From Nemertoderma westbladi (lineage: Eukaryota; Animalia; Xenacoelomorpha), in contig JAUCBJ010001376.1 of assembly GCA_032718475.1 (NCBI GenBank), forward strand, positions 46,139 to 110,138: a stretch of 64,000 nt of DNA, read 5' to 3'. Positions 24,294 to 37,318 of the stretch are shown here, one piece after another (position 1 is the stretch's first letter; each line of letters opens with the position of its first letter). Below the pieces are notes generated by a model. It was given only the letters and a program-made list of their open reading frames with translations, was not told where the DNA came from and did no database searches. The translations under genes were made by a program, and so were the position numbers.

Positions 24294-27200
24294 CCATGGG
24301 TGGTAGATGTCGCGGTTATGTATTGGTGGGTGGGAAGGGTGGGGGGGGGGGTGCAGTTTAAAAAGGCTGAACACGTACTGTACCCTTTTCTTTAATTGAT
24401 TGGTGGTGTGGGTAAATTTCTCAAATACTGATTTTGTGATACAGTCGCTCAGTTTTAATTTGTATCTCATAACTGGGCCTCGTGCTGCGCGAAGGCCCCA
24501 CGAACGTGTTCTTACTGCAGTGCTCCCAGTTGCACCTTTTTTACCTTTTTTCTAGCCATTTACCATATATCAATATGTAAAGTCGTGTTATACAATCTTA
24601 ATGGTACAGGCGCGTTTCCAATTTATATTATTTATCCAAATATTACTAGTAGGACTACAGTTGTATGGCCAATAGGCCTACTCATTCTGTTTTTCTGTTT
24701 GGTACACAGTACTGCAGAACACACTCAGACTCAGTCTGTCAATACTCAATAGGCGTACAGAAACTGAAAGATATCAGTGAGTCTGTTCTGTAGGCTGTAT
24801 AATGTTTTGATTTGATTTGATGTATTCATACTGTATTAGGCAGCACTACCGTCTACTGTCACACTGTACAGTTGTACTGCATTCTGGCATTATCTGGCAT
24901 TATAATTATAACTTTATAATATTAAACTTATATCTTATAACTTTAAAATATTATTATACCATGCCATCCAACGCTTCCAAATGGCGAGTAGAGTGGGAGC
25001 ACGAAAAACTCAGGACATCCCCAGAGCTGACAGTTGGGAAAGTGTTTCGGCCGGTTCAGAATGATTCTGGATTGGCTCACTGCATTGCCTGCAATAAAAC
25101 CGTGTCGGTTAAAAGCAGTGGCCTTTCCGCTCTTCGCCTTCACCATGCCACACCTCTACACATCCGGAATGTACAATCTATCTGCCAAACACCGACATTA
25201 ACCCTTGGTCCACCTACAATCCCATCCCAATCGAGTATTAGTTCGAATATGGTTCCCTTGGAGGTGCAGGTCTCAACCTCTACGCAACCTTTAATTAGCC
25301 ATATCTTGTCTCCAAAACACCTATGCACAAAGGCTGAATGTGTGATAATTTTGAAAGCAACTGAGTCTGAATACAGCTTTGCCTCCCTAGATAGCATTGT
25401 TGATGTACTGAAGGTGGTTGATCCGTCGTCTAGTGTTATCAAAGGGATGCAGCTTAAACAAACTAAAGCGAGTTACATTGTTGGACACGGCCTTGGTCCT
25501 TATTTCGCCCAGAAGAAGGTGCAGCTGTTAGTTAACGCAATTTCTGATGGTTTTATCTTTGGTATTCACTTTGATGAGACCACAAACGCGAAGGTGGAGA
25601 AACAGTGTGATGTTTATGCACAATTTTTTTCACCACAGAAGGGGCGAGTTATAAACATGTTTCTGCAATCCATTTTCTTTGGTCATGCAACTTCGGACAT
25701 AATGGTGAAAAAATTTGAGGAACATCTGTTTTCGAAGTTTTCCAACATTGATTTGTCTTCCTGGCTCTATTTATCCATGGATGGTCCCAATGTAAACAAG
25801 GCTTTTTTCCGGAAAGTGAATATATACCTGGAGTCACATGGGTTTTCTCCATTGTTTGATTTTGGAACTTGTCCCCTGCATCCAGCACATTCAGGGTTTC
25901 GGACTTTCCTTACAGCGATTTCCAGTGCTGGTCTATTTGATTTTGATGGATTTGCCACTGATGTACATTTTGTATTCAAATATTCTTCTGCTTGGCGAGA
26001 AGACTTTAGGTTGGTCCAGATAGCAGAAGATGTGGAGCAGCATATAATTCTGCGCCATGTTGATTCACGCTGGTTAACGACAGGCCCAGTAGCAGCACGA
26101 CTACTCGAGCAGCTTCCTGCCCTACGAGTGTTCTTTGCAGGCTGTAAAACCAGTCGGGATGTATCAACTGCTAAATTTGTCAAGACAGCCCGGTTCAAAC
26201 AAATTGACAATGTTATATTTGACAAGCGTACTCCTCTCATGCTGCAAGTAGTCGTGAATATCTGTGCAATATTCCGCCCTTTTCTCCTCACCCTCCAGAA
26301 ATACACACCTCAAATCCATAGATTATATTCCCTTAGCAATGATTTGGTGTATGACCTTCTGTACACCTTTTGCACAAACCTGCGCCTCAATGGTAAGAAA
26401 CTTTCAGGGAAGAAACTTAAGGAGTTTGAAATCCAAAAGTCTGAGAATTGGCGCTCTGACTTTAAGCTTGGAACCATCGATGATCCCGACAATCTGCTGA
26501 AAACTCCAGAAGTGAAAATTGCCATTCGACATGCTCTTAAGAAGATGTCAGAATATTTGCTGGATCACCTTCCAATTAACGACAAGACTGTTCGTTCCCT
26601 ACAAGTTGTTGATCCTTATCTCGCCCAAACTGCTGAAGGTGGAGCTGCAGGTGTGCGCTACCTCACATATCTGACACAGCTGTTTCCAAAAGTGGCTGGG
26701 AGTGACTCCATAGATGGACAAACTGTAGTCAAGGAATATGAAGAATTTGCTTCTCAAGAACTTAGTGAAGACCAGTTGAATGTGTCGGATGAGGATGTGA
26801 GCGTATTTTGGGGTGACACAAAGAACCATCTGCGAGTCCATACTTCAGTTAAAGCATATCAAAATGTTAGTCGCTTCTTAGCCAATATGGCTGCTATAAC
26901 ACATGGAAACGCCGGGCCTGAACGAGGTTTTGCAGATAATCGAAGAATTATCTGTAAGTCGCGGTCATCCATGAAGAGGACAACAATCATTGGATTGCGA
27001 CACTGCCAAGAGGCAGTGAAATGGGTGGGGGGTGCACACAATGTCGCTTTCACCAGCGACCTTTTTGCTTCTGCCTCTAAGGCATGGGCTGCCTATAATG
27101 TTGAGCGTCTACAAGAAGCAGCGTATAAATTTGAAACTAAAAAAGCTGCCGAGACAAAGCGGCTTTTAGATGAAGAAAACGAGCGTGAACTGCAAGTAAG

Positions 27201-27748
27201 AGCGGAGCTTAAACTCCGCAAATCATCTCTGACAAAGAAGCATAATACTATCACGAACCTGTGTGTCTCTGTACAAACGATGATTAGAGTCGCCGATAGT
27301 CAACTGGCTTCTGCTCTGGCCAGTTGCGACTTGACCTCAGCTTCAATTGCGAATAAATCCCGTGCGTCAGCAGATACTCAACTCAAAGACCATCAAAATG
27401 TATTGTGCTCTATTGCAAAGGAACTTTCTGATATAGATGTGAAGCTGGCTACTTCGAGCAGCAGGAAAAGGCAACGAGTTGATAAGGATTAGTTTAGTTA
27501 GGTGCCCTAATAAACGAATATGTTAACATAATGAATGATTATATTGGATTTGTTAATATGATATATAACATCTATCTCAAAATGTAATATTTGTTTTCTG
27601 GATACGGTTTGGATATGGATACTGGGTATAGGTTTGATTTTTAACCACCTTTTTTTACCTTTTTTTATGACCCATGTTTACCTTTTCACCTTTTTTTTTG
27701 GTGGAAATTCTCCCTGGGAGGGCTGTTACTGTAGAGTACCACCCATGG
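24294..27748 (+). mobile_element. hAT-superfamily DNA transposon, apparently full length
   Basis: 12-bp TIR CCATGGGTGGTA (24294-24305) / TACCACCCATGG (27737-27748); ACCTTTT subterminal repeats near both ends; no clean 8-bp TSD (CTACCCTT vs CTATATTT). Confidence 0.75.
24961..27492 (+). CDS. hAT-family transposase (843 aa from the ATG at 24961)
   Basis: BED-like finger (AHCIACNK...H...H), IHFDETT, SMDGPNVN, CPLH (CxxH), SRW, HGNAGPERGF catalytic-E motif, C-terminal coiled-coil and RKRQR; no internal stops. Confidence 0.9.
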   Translation: MPSNASKWRVEWEHEKLRTSPELTVGKVFRPVQNDSGLAHCIACNKTVSVKSSGLSALRLHHATPLHIRNVQSICQTPTLTLGPPTIPSQSSISSNMVPLEVQVSTSTQPLISHILSPKHLCTKAECVIILKATESEYSFASLDSIVDVLKVVDPSSSVIKGMQLKQTKASYIVGHGLGPYFAQKKVQLLVNAISDGFIFGIHFDETTNAKVEKQCDVYAQFFSPQKGRVINMFLQSIFFGHATSDIMVKKFEEHLFSKFSNIDLSSWLYLSMDGPNVNKAFFRKVNIYLESHGFSPLFDFGTCPLHPAHSGFRTFLTAISSAGLFDFDGFATDVHFVFKYSSAWREDFRLVQIAEDVEQHIILRHVDSRWLTTGPVAARLLEQLPALRVFFAGCKTSRDVSTAKFVKTARFKQIDNVIFDKRTPLMLQVVVNICAIFRPFLLTLQKYTPQIHRLYSLSNDLVYDLLYTFCTNLRLNGKKLSGKKLKEFEIQKSENWRSDFKLGTIDDPDNLLKTPEVKIAIRHALKKMSEYLLDHLPINDKTVRSLQVVDPYLAQTAEGGAAGVRYLTYLTQLFPKVAGSDSIDGQTVVKEYEEFASQELSEDQLNVSDEDVSVFWGDTKNHLRVHTSVKAYQNVSRFLANMAAITHGNAGPERGFADNRRIICKSRSSMKRTTIIGLRHCQEAVKWVGGAHNVAFTSDLFASASKAWAAYNVERLQEAAYKFETKKAAETKRLLDEENERELQVRAELKLRKSSLTKKHNTITNLCVSVQTMIRVADSQLASALASCDLTSASIANKSRASADTQLKDHQNVLCSIAKELSDIDVKLATSSSRKRQRVDKD

Positions 27749-29995
27749 CTATATTTTCTACTTAGAGTTCCGCTTGAATCTATATTTTATTCTGTTCTGC
27801 ACGTGGCTCTGGCTACATTTTGATGAATTTTTAATGATATGTGATTCTAACTAACTATAATCCCATACCGATTTTGAATACAAAAATTTCCAACATGTGT
27901 GCAAATGTGTTAGCTATATTTTATGTACTTATTTGTTATTATTGCATGCACTGGTAATAAATACCCTGCTCATGGGCTAGTTAACATATTAGATAGCACG
28001 TATTAGTTAATAACACATGCGCAACGCACCATCGTTCGCACTTGCGCACCTCATTTTCTTGGCAAAACACGGTAAGTCAAATTTTACAAAAAAACCTCAA
28101 TATATTTCAATGGTGATTCTAAATCAAATTTAAAGTTTAGCTATATGAATTCTATATAATATTTAGTTGTCAAAAAACACAATAACAAGTAAATTGAGGC
28201 ATTAGGCTTAGGGGGTTCTGCCTTAAAGGTGACATTATGTAGGCAGATTATTAGATATGTATATATACAGTACGTATAGTATAATGATTTAGACATACAG
28301 ATATAATAAAATAGTTGTAAAAGTTCAGTTAGGAGGGTGGGTAGCACCCCCCTATTTTGGAAATTGTAAAAAAACTTTTTTTTCTTCTTACTTTTTAGGA
28401 ATTTTTTTCATATCTTTTTTTAAAATCAAGTTATCAGCCAAATCTGCAAGAGCTAGTCTGATTTTTGACAAGCCTACGAGCAGCATGAAAACATTTCGTA
28501 GAATTTCATTCATTTGGTTCATCAGGTTTTCTGGGGCGCTGATTCTAATGGAATACATTTCTAATTTTCCAGACCATTGCTAGTCATATTTGTCGGCGTA
28601 ATATGGAAAATTTTGCCTATTACCAAAAAGTCCGGAAACATTGAGATGTCCAGTGGTGTTTTTATTAATTCCATCGGATTCAGGACCCTCATAAACGCAA
28701 GAAACAAGATGATAATATCTCTAAAGATGTTCACCCACCACTGAAAAATACAAGTTTGATAACTCTTATGCAATTGTTACTTATTCAATTCAAGTCAGAA
28801 CCCTCACAAACCCGTATAACACCCCCCCCCCCCCCCCCCCCTACCCCCCACCCCATCCCTTAAATTTTAAATATTTTTTTATGACCCATAAAATTTATTT
28901 TTTATAATTATACTAGTAAATAACAAGGGTAAAGTAAAGTAATAAAATATAGGGGTGTTAAAAGAGTAAATAAAATTTATTAATAATAAATGAATCCCTA
29001 ATTATTAATTACAGGAAAGTAGAGGTAGGCCTACGTGAGGTGTAAAAATAACGGTTCACCAAAATCTATACATTTTGCCATAATATTGTTGCAGAATATT
29101 ACCCCATCCGCTCCCAAGTCAAGCTCATTGCAAAGCGTTCAAAAATACTTCCCAGGTTTTCAGCCATCCTCGGCCTATCATTAGACCAGTAGACTAGAGG
29201 GCCAGCCAGATTCAGTGAGGGAGGTTATATAGATAGGGAGGGTACCTACTCTATTATTCCATCATCTTTAAGGAGTATTTATATCATACCAGACGCCTAT
29301 TATGTTAATGACATTTGAAATCCAATTTTTGAAGTAAAGCATATTGGGTGCAGCTTCATCTTTTATTTACTAGGCTTATGTATTAATTGAGTTACCTAGA
29401 GATAGGTATCCGCATTTCCAAAGATCAAAAGAATAAAAACAGTTCCACTTAAACTTATTAACAATCAGCTTATATTTTACACCATATTAGGCCAATCCAA
29501 ACCACAGTGTCGACCAGCCTACGCGTGGTTACGCCCTCCACCAGCACCACACCATGAGACAATCTGGGCATGAGAAATGAGAGGGAGCAATTAATTACCC
29601 AAGCCATATCTTTGCTTCAAGAACCTTGAAGAGAGAAGTTGGATAAAGTAATTAATTAATAGTGAATGTGAATGAATGGCATGGGGTTTTCAAATTGGCA
29701 ATTCCAGTTCTAATAGATCGGATCCGGCATCCCAGCAACCACAGTGGAGGAGATGGCACCAAGGGGGCAAGGAGGAGGAGCACCAAGGGGGCCATATAAA
29801 CCCTAGCCTTCAGGTCCGAAGATAGTAAAGAAACTTGTGTTTATTTTATTAAGCCACGCAAGATGGTGTTGGATAATTGGAGCGTGCCATTGGTTGCTGG
29901 CTCTGGAGGCCCTATATCCATAGGCTGGTGCAAGGGGAATGATCTTGTGTTGGACTAGATAGCCATCCACAAACATGTGCTTTCCATCAGGGAGA

Positions 29996-30227
29996 GCTGT
30001 GTGCAATCACCATCCCTGCTTTCTCTTCCCTCTTCCCTGGCTCAGGCGGTTGGTTAGGCCTAGCGAATATTATTATGAAACGGGCAAGCCAAGAAGAGGA
30101 TGTGGTATTATTGTCAGAAAGTTGTGTGTATATGTGTGCATGTGTGTAGCTGTTACTCTGGGATATATATTGCTTTCAAGGAGTAGCATGTGAGAGTAGG
30201 TTAATGTACAAGTGATAGGATAACGGG
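29996..30227 (+). repeat. 232-bp segment duplicated at 35768-35999
   Basis: Near-identical (one visible mismatch, AATGTACA vs AATGCACA); explains the identical spurious ORFs in the track. Confidence 0.95.
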
Positions 30228-30949
30228 TGTACACCTGCACCAAAACTCCGCAGAGTAGTGCAACTCAGGGCTTGTATAATTGTCACTCACAGCTGTGTAG
30301 ATGTTGCCTGTCAGCCTGTAATGTCTACCCTAACATAGAGTACAGTAAAACTTACACACACTCATTGGAGGCATGCCTCGACAGGTATCATTACTCTCAT
30401 AAATAATTGAAAACGAAGGTATCTTTGGTAGATTAATCAATTTTCTTACACTTTGAGGAAATATTACTTTCCCATACTGTGGTTTTCAATATTGTTTCTT
30501 AAATTGTTTTTAACATAATATTCTATTTACAAACTATTATAATATTAATAATATAAATTGTTGTGGCTTTCTAACAAAAATAATCTAAATAAATGGTTAT
30601 ATGCATTGTATATCATAATTTGAACGATTACGGGGAGCCCCACCAAATTGTGAACTTTCTCAATTCTGCATTTAAAAAATTAAAAATATAGTTCCTTTCA
30701 TTTTTCACTATTGTTTTATATACAATGTTGTTTGTTGTGAATAGTCAATGATAAACAAATGCTTCGAGAATCTTAAATATTCGATATGATAAACAATGCC
30801 GTACTCCAATCGGTTGAGATAATCATTCATCAAATTAATTAATTATCTATTAATTACATACATACATAATAAGCAAGCAAACAAACGGACGAAACAGGAA
30901 GCGACCGCAAAGATTGCTGCTACGTAAAGGTGGAGGTGGGTGAGTGTCC

Positions 30950-31015
30950 TGAGTGGACCCTGGTAGGGCTCTAACCTACAACCAATAGATTGTAGGTCCG
31001 GCGCTCAACCATCTG
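30950..31015 (-). mobile_element. tRNA-derived fragment (SINE head or tRNA pseudogene)
   Basis: Minus strand AGATGGTTGAGCGCCGGACCTACAATC...GTAGGTTAGAGCCCTACC resembles degenerate D-arm and T-arm sequence. Confidence 0.45.
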
Positions 31016-31264
31016 TTTACAAACATACATAAATACATGTATAAGGGCCATATGACTCCAGATACATTGCCAGCCCCCTCTCCAATACAATACATCCACT
31101 GTTCGATCAGTAACTCATGTAAATGTCCTTTAGCAGATATTTAATGTAAATTGGCTGAACATCACATTTCCTCACACCAGCCATCTTCCTTAGAACAAGA
31201 CCTTGTGCGGGATCACCTATATGGTGCTGGTGCTGGTTTTTGCTAATAAGATGTTACAACATGT

Positions 31265-31456
31265 TAATAATAATATTAATAATTATATTTGTTATTTATA
31301 TAGCGCTTTTCTACGCTCAGCATACTCAAAGCGCTTTTATTATCATTACCCCAGCAAAGCCAGAATTTCTACAGCCTGTAGTCGGATTCGAACCTGCGCC
31401 ACCAAACATTATTGTGTAAGCAGTTCAGGCGCCGTATCCACTCGGACACTGCGACA
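31265..31456 (-). mobile_element. tRNA-derived SINE
   Basis: Box A-like GTGTCCGAGTGG, box B GGTTCGAATCC, 3' tail AAAGCGCTATATAAAT followed by (TAT)n-like repeats. Confidence 0.75.
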
Positions 31457-32006
31457 TGTTATCAGTAATTTCAGTAATCAGTAATTGAACTAATTACTGA
31501 TTGTATCTTATGCAATAAAACCTGTGTAGCTGCATCCTGGTGTATGAACCGTCAAGGACGAATGATCTCATGTCTTTTCGAGCATGAACCAAGCAGGGGC
31601 TATATAACTCTTCTTTTCTTTTCTTACTGGCTTTTTTCTTATTGGCTTTATTGATGTGTGTATATGTATTGAACACCTCTGTGAAGATAGATTTATAGCT
31701 TGCAGTTTTATTTTACTCTCATTTTATGTACAAGTGTACAAGTAACAAATTATTTAACAACATACATACCATAGTTTGGGTATGTATTTAATTTCATGGA
31801 GCCTTATTCGAAACACATTTCCATGTTATTTATTATTTATATTTGGTGTACCTCCTAAGGAATTCAATATCCATGAATTCTTACTATTAATTGTAGCTAA
31901 TATAATTTTGTTCAGAATTGATATTTTGATGAATTAATTAATTGATTTCAGAAATTCAGTTTATTCAGATAAGTTGGGCTGAGACAATTGTCACAATTAA
32001 AATACA

Positions 32007-32462
32007 CCCTCTTCAGGGGAAATTCGCACAAATAACAGTTGATTGATTACTTGCAAAATAAAATTGTAAGCTATTCTATTGACTTCCGATTACTGTTTTG
32101 GTTAGAATGACAAGCCACCTCAACTACTGGAATTTGTTGGCGTGCATGTATAGTCTAGAACAGGCAGCATCCAGTTTTGGGCTATTTTCTACAAATACCA
32201 AAACCCTGACTGCAAACTGAAAAATTTGTAAGGATTCCCTCCTTGTGAATAGAGACGGGGGGGGGGGGGGGCTCGACGCAAATCACATCCCGGCGAAGTA
32301 ATATTTCGCCTCAATGTTAAATTATTAATTTAGGGAAAGGAATAGATTATAGTAGCACGTTATTCTAACCAAAACAATAAACTATAGTCAATAGAACAGG
32401 TTAAAGTATTATTTTTGAGATTAAGCAGCTGTTATTTGCGTCGATTTTCCCCTGGAGAGGGA
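32007..32462. mobile_element. MITE-like element with inverted ends; related pieces at ~51510, ~52830 and ~62330-62480
   Basis: CCCTCTTCAGGGGAAATTCGCACAAATAACAG at the left and CTGTTATTTGCGTCGATTTTCCCCTGGAGAGGG at the right; the same end motif recurs at 51511. Confidence 0.65.
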
Positions 32463-34816
32463 TTAGATTTATTTGCGTCATCGCTACACATCATGGGCCT
32501 ATCCTAAAACACTTATTTGTCTATTTATTACACTATTATTTAATATGGTCTCAATAATTAAATATCAATGATGCAGCAGAAATACAATCATTTACATAGC
32601 TCTGGCAATGTTGCATTGCAGTAATATCAAACATTATGTAATTATGTCATTATGCATTATGCTATATCAATCATGGAAGATTTATTGAATATTCTACATA
32701 TTATTAATTTACTACAAAAGCAATTAATAAGTGGTCTTCATTGCATATGGACAAGCAGATGTTTCTTTGCTTGCGAATATGCAAATTGCAATATCGGATA
32801 TATTCGGGAGCAGCACATCCGAGTCCTGGCTGTTGGAAATTGAAAGCATCTGGTTGATTTCAACCCCAAATTAAATCAATGCTGGGTTGCTTAATGCAGC
32901 ACAATAGTTTTATTCCAAGGCAAATTGTATGGGAAAATAGTGGGGAATGCACCTCGCAGTTCAATAAAAGCGTAATTGTGTGTTGGGGAATTCCTCATGG
33001 ATCAATTGTTTGTATGCACTACAAAGTTTATTGCTAAACCTTGCATGCATAATGTGTAAACTCAATTGTAGTCATTAATTAACAGCCTTCAAAATCTTTG
33101 AAAATAATGTGCTATTCAAATTTGAATAGCCCTAAATAGCGAAGAGTTACTGGAAAATGAAACTTATTATTTAGCATTGCAGTACTTCGTTTTTGTACTA
33201 GTAACATTTTACATAGTTTTGGTTAATGTATTTTTGCATGTCATTTCAAGACACGTCACAACTCATCTTATTCCTTTCATGTTATAGGTTCATTTTTTTT
33301 CATTTCATGTTCATTCAATATATTTGCATATAAAGATGTATTTTATGGGAATTTAAAAAAGGAAGACAACTAATTAATTAATATGTGAAAAATTACTAGA
33401 ATTGGCTGCATATGCCTAATATAAAATTGGCTGTCTCTATAATCTATGACGTACTTATAATAATATTGCCGTTGATTCTGAACCAGTAACTAACAGTACG
33501 AGTATAGTACATACCTAGATGTAATTTTATTCCAAGTATGTTTCATGGCCAGCCAGGCAGTAGTGCAACACTCCACACCGCAGTTCAGTCATGTAAATAT
33601 CATAAAGTCGTCGGCATTATCAAGACCAGTGCCTTTTAGCAGATGTTTGAGTATTGTTAATAGTTGACCACCATATATCCTCCCACTCCCACTAGTCAAG
33701 AAGAAAGAAGAACTAAAGCTTCTTGTATATTTCTGCCCACAGCCGTATTGAAACATTATCGCACTGATAACTTAAAACAAACAACTCCTGTAAACATTAC
33801 CCAATTCTGCTATATATTGATCCAAGCAACTGCAGTTATAATGTTGGAATTAATTAGTATGTTACAGCCCATTCCTGTACTGTATGTACGTACAGGTGCA
33901 TAAAGATAAATATACTGCATGTTTTTCAGTGTTAGCTATGATACCTATCAGATATAGGTACTGATATGACTTAACTTGAAACGGAATACATCAAAATGTA
34001 AAATTGTATTATTGAGCTCCCTGCTCGGTCCCTTCCATGTGTAAGCCTCTGTACAGACTATTGGTATTTATTTTCTTCTGTAGATTAAATAGAGGTTGAA
34101 TAACGTTAACTGCAGACGTTTTATCACCTACTTATGAAAAGGGATTGAACTCTTCTTCGTCAACATTCACATGACACTACACAACAACTTATGTTTACCT
34201 TATTGCCTCTGAAATCTACTTTTCCCTTGTAATTCGTATGTAAAAATAATAACTATAAAAAAAAGTCAAATGTTTGTCATTCATATATATTATTATAAAT
34301 TGATAATATTACATAATACAATATATAGAAAAAGAGCAATTTGAAAGTGCACAGTTTGAACTTCTATGATTCATATGCTAAAAAAAATATATAAATTAAT
34401 AAGTATATTAAAAATAAATATAATAATAATTATATTAATAATTAAATTAAAAAATATATATATATAGAAATATAGAAATATATATTTATTTACTATAATC
34501 GCGTTAAACTATAATTGCGTTTTATTTCCTCGATGTATTCCAGCATGTAATATGCATTAAAAATTTATTATTAATGTCGAGTAGCAGCTATATGTTATGT
34601 ACTATGTTATATTAGGTAATTACACCAATTTAGTTACAGGTTTAATATTACTTTGAACTCCATTGTAACAAGTTCTCCCACAAACTATAATGCAATATAT
34701 TATAATTTATTTTTTTACATTTTTCTAAAGATAATATTAATATTGGAAAAATAATATTATTAGTGAATATGATTTGTTGTATTGGTGTTGTGTTGTAGCC
34801 TAAGAGACTGAACAGA

Positions 34817-35033
34817 ATGAAATGTCGAACCCGGAGATTGCTTTTTATCACGATGAGTGTCTGTGCAACGACTGCATTTAGTTTCCTGGCGGTTGCTATT
34901 GGAACTGATTACTGGACTAAGACTAATGACATAGAGAAGTCTTTCACACCGGATGGTGTCCCCAAAAACAAAACCTTGACTGATGTTCACAGTGGCTTGT
35001 GGAGACGTTGTGTTATCCTCACTGACACGGATG
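34817..35033 (+). CDS. CACNG2-like: TARP/stargazin-like (voltage-gated Ca channel gamma, claudin fold), coding exon 1
   Basis: AVAIGTDYW and HSGLWRRC signature; GT donor at 35034 (phase 1); an upstream AG at 34797-34798 suggests a further 5' UTR exon. Confidence 0.92.
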
Positions 35034-35299
35034 GTTAGTAATCTCATTTTATGTATATGTAGAACCGACACTCGTTAATGATGAGTATTAATTAGACTTG
35101 GAAAACAAAATTATTAATAACCATTATAATTATTGGCTGCTGCAACTCCCAAAATAGTGTTTCAGTTGGCCATTTTTTCTCCACTAATAATACAGTAATT
35201 TTTTTTAACATTTTTTACATTATAATACAGTAGCTTGTATTTCTTATGATGAATTTGTATGTATAGGGATATAAATAAAGGGCTGTTTAAAATCATACA

Positions 35300-35615
35300 A
35301 TGCCTTGGAATCTGTCATCCCCTTACTAACGAATACATACTGATCAAACGAGGTGTATTTAGGGTGGAACTAAAATCAAACAAGCGAGTCCTTGTTTCCA
35401 AGAATGGAAATCTCACACTCAACTCCTGCAAAGTTATTCCACCAAAAATCATGATAAATATCGTGGAGAAAATAAGCATTGTGAAACTCCGTCTGAATGA
35501 CACTGACCTTGAAGATGCGGATAATCTCGGGAAAGTCATGGGTTATAGGGAGTTATGGCGGTGTAATATTGTGTATACGCCGGCATAGCATGCCGCAAAG
35601 CAGCATGTCGATAAT
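35300..35615 (+). mobile_element. RTE-type LINE 3' fragment
   Basis: Shares GACCTTGAAGATGCGGAT..GTCATGGGT.ATAGGGAG and GCAGCATG.CGA with the copies at ~22800 and ~44280. Confidence 0.65.
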
Positions 35616-35716
35616 AGATAGTTAGATACCATTACAATTGGTGCTACCACCATATGAAGGGAATTAGGGCAAAACAGCGGTTTCCACCAGGATCGTAGCT
35701 CGTTGAAATCCATTAT

Positions 35717-36042
35717 TTAGCATTTCAGAGATTCATTCAGGAAATATAAAAAAAGACCCATCAGATTGCTGTGTGCAATCACCATCCCTGCTTTCTCTTC
35801 CCTCTTCCCTGGCTCAGGCGGTTGGTTAGGCCTAGCGAATATTATTATGAAACGGGCAAGCCAAGAAGAGGATGTGGTATTATTGTCAGAAAGTTGTGTG
35901 TATATGTGTGCATGTGTGTAGCTGTTACTCTGGGATATATATTGCTTTCAAGGAGTAGCATGTGAGAGTAGGTTAATGCACAAGTGATAGGATAACGGGC
36001 ATTAGCGTTTCAGAGATTCATTCAGGAAATATAAAAAAAGAC
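35717..36042 (+). repeat. Insertion of the 232-bp duplicated segment between 41-bp direct repeats
   Basis: TTAGC(A/G)TTTCAGAGATTCATTCAGGAAATATAAAAAAAGAC at 35717-35757 and 36002-36042. Confidence 0.9.
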
Positions 36043-37318
36043 AATTGTCTTGTCTATTATTATTGGATTTTGAATATTGGTTATTATTTTTGTACATTTC
36101 TTCAGTGTTATATACATAATTTCATCTATTTAATTTAATTTAACGTTTTTTAACTAATTTTTACTTTTTTTAACTAATTTTTCCTTTTTTTAAGTAATTG
36201 ATTACTTTTTTTAACTAATTTTTTTTTTTTACTAAACAATATAATCAAACTTTCCTATAATTGAGTCTTTCCTGGTGCATAATGATTATATAATGTAGAC
36301 CTAGGCTTGTCGGGTAGTTAACTGTACAGCTAGCTATATGTATTTATTTGAGATTCAATATTAAAATATAGTAATATTATACGTCATAAACATTGGTAAC
36401 GCTGGTGATATTTTTTTTCAAATAAAACAATATTTTCGACATAAAAACGTAACGGAAAACACTATTTTCCAATCATTTTCTTTAGCGAAATTCAGATATT
36501 CTGCCCTCGTGTATTGAGTTCTCCACTCGTTGGCACACTCCCTTCGCTCGTTGTAAAAACCTGCCAATTTTTGTAAAATTCAACCACTTGGACAGAATGG
36601 CTTAATTTCGCTAAATTGAAAACGAGTGAAAAAAGGAGGTGTTTTCCGCTTACTTTTTTTTTATCTAATAATAGTCCTTTATTTTCTATGTTATTTATTT
36701 TATATAAACACATTCAAAAAGTGTAATACACAACTTCTGACTACTTAACATATTTTTGTTCTTAGCAACACAAATATATAAATTATAAAGTGCATATGAA
36801 TAATCTTAATATTAAATAAATTTTAAGTAAATAAATATATACATTAATATAATAATAAAATATTTGAGCAAATTAAAAATTAAAAATTCCAAGCACAATC
36901 TGGACGCCGAGATACAGATAATAGTTGTTAATTTACGACAGGCATTGCAAATTCTATACATTCCATTGAATCACAGCTAAATTACCGTTTCGCTAGTCGT
37001 TTTTGACGCGTTTTTTACTGCCGGAAAAACTATCCTAAAAAGCGTGAATAAAAACGGCAGAATGTTATCATTTATCAAAATAAAATAAAACGATCCTAGA
37101 CGAGGAAAACCAAAAACTGTGCCAAAAACAGCAGGCGAAAACGATATTTACTGTACAATTAACTCAATTAACTCAATTCTACAACATAACTATTTTGATG
37201 CCTTATTCTTACAGTTTTTTTGAGTTCTATTTTGCCAATTTCACTTCGTAAGCTTCGTAACTTTATCATGTGCCAAATGTTGTTTTGATACAAAATGAAA
37301 TTTAAAACAAATAGCAAA

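Noticed and set aside
24817-24960. N-terminal 48-codon extension of the transposase
   Set aside because: Starts at TTG in AT-rich, low-complexity sequence; the ATG at 24961 immediately precedes the conserved W...BED region.
29975-30193. Duplicated small gene (same peptide at 35771-35965)
   Set aside because: The identity results from the 232-bp DNA duplication; there is no coding signature.
31371-31456. Functional tRNA genes here and at ~30950, ~37725 and ~52540
   Set aside because: Cloverleaves are incomplete or mismatched, and at least two run into SINE-type bodies or tails.
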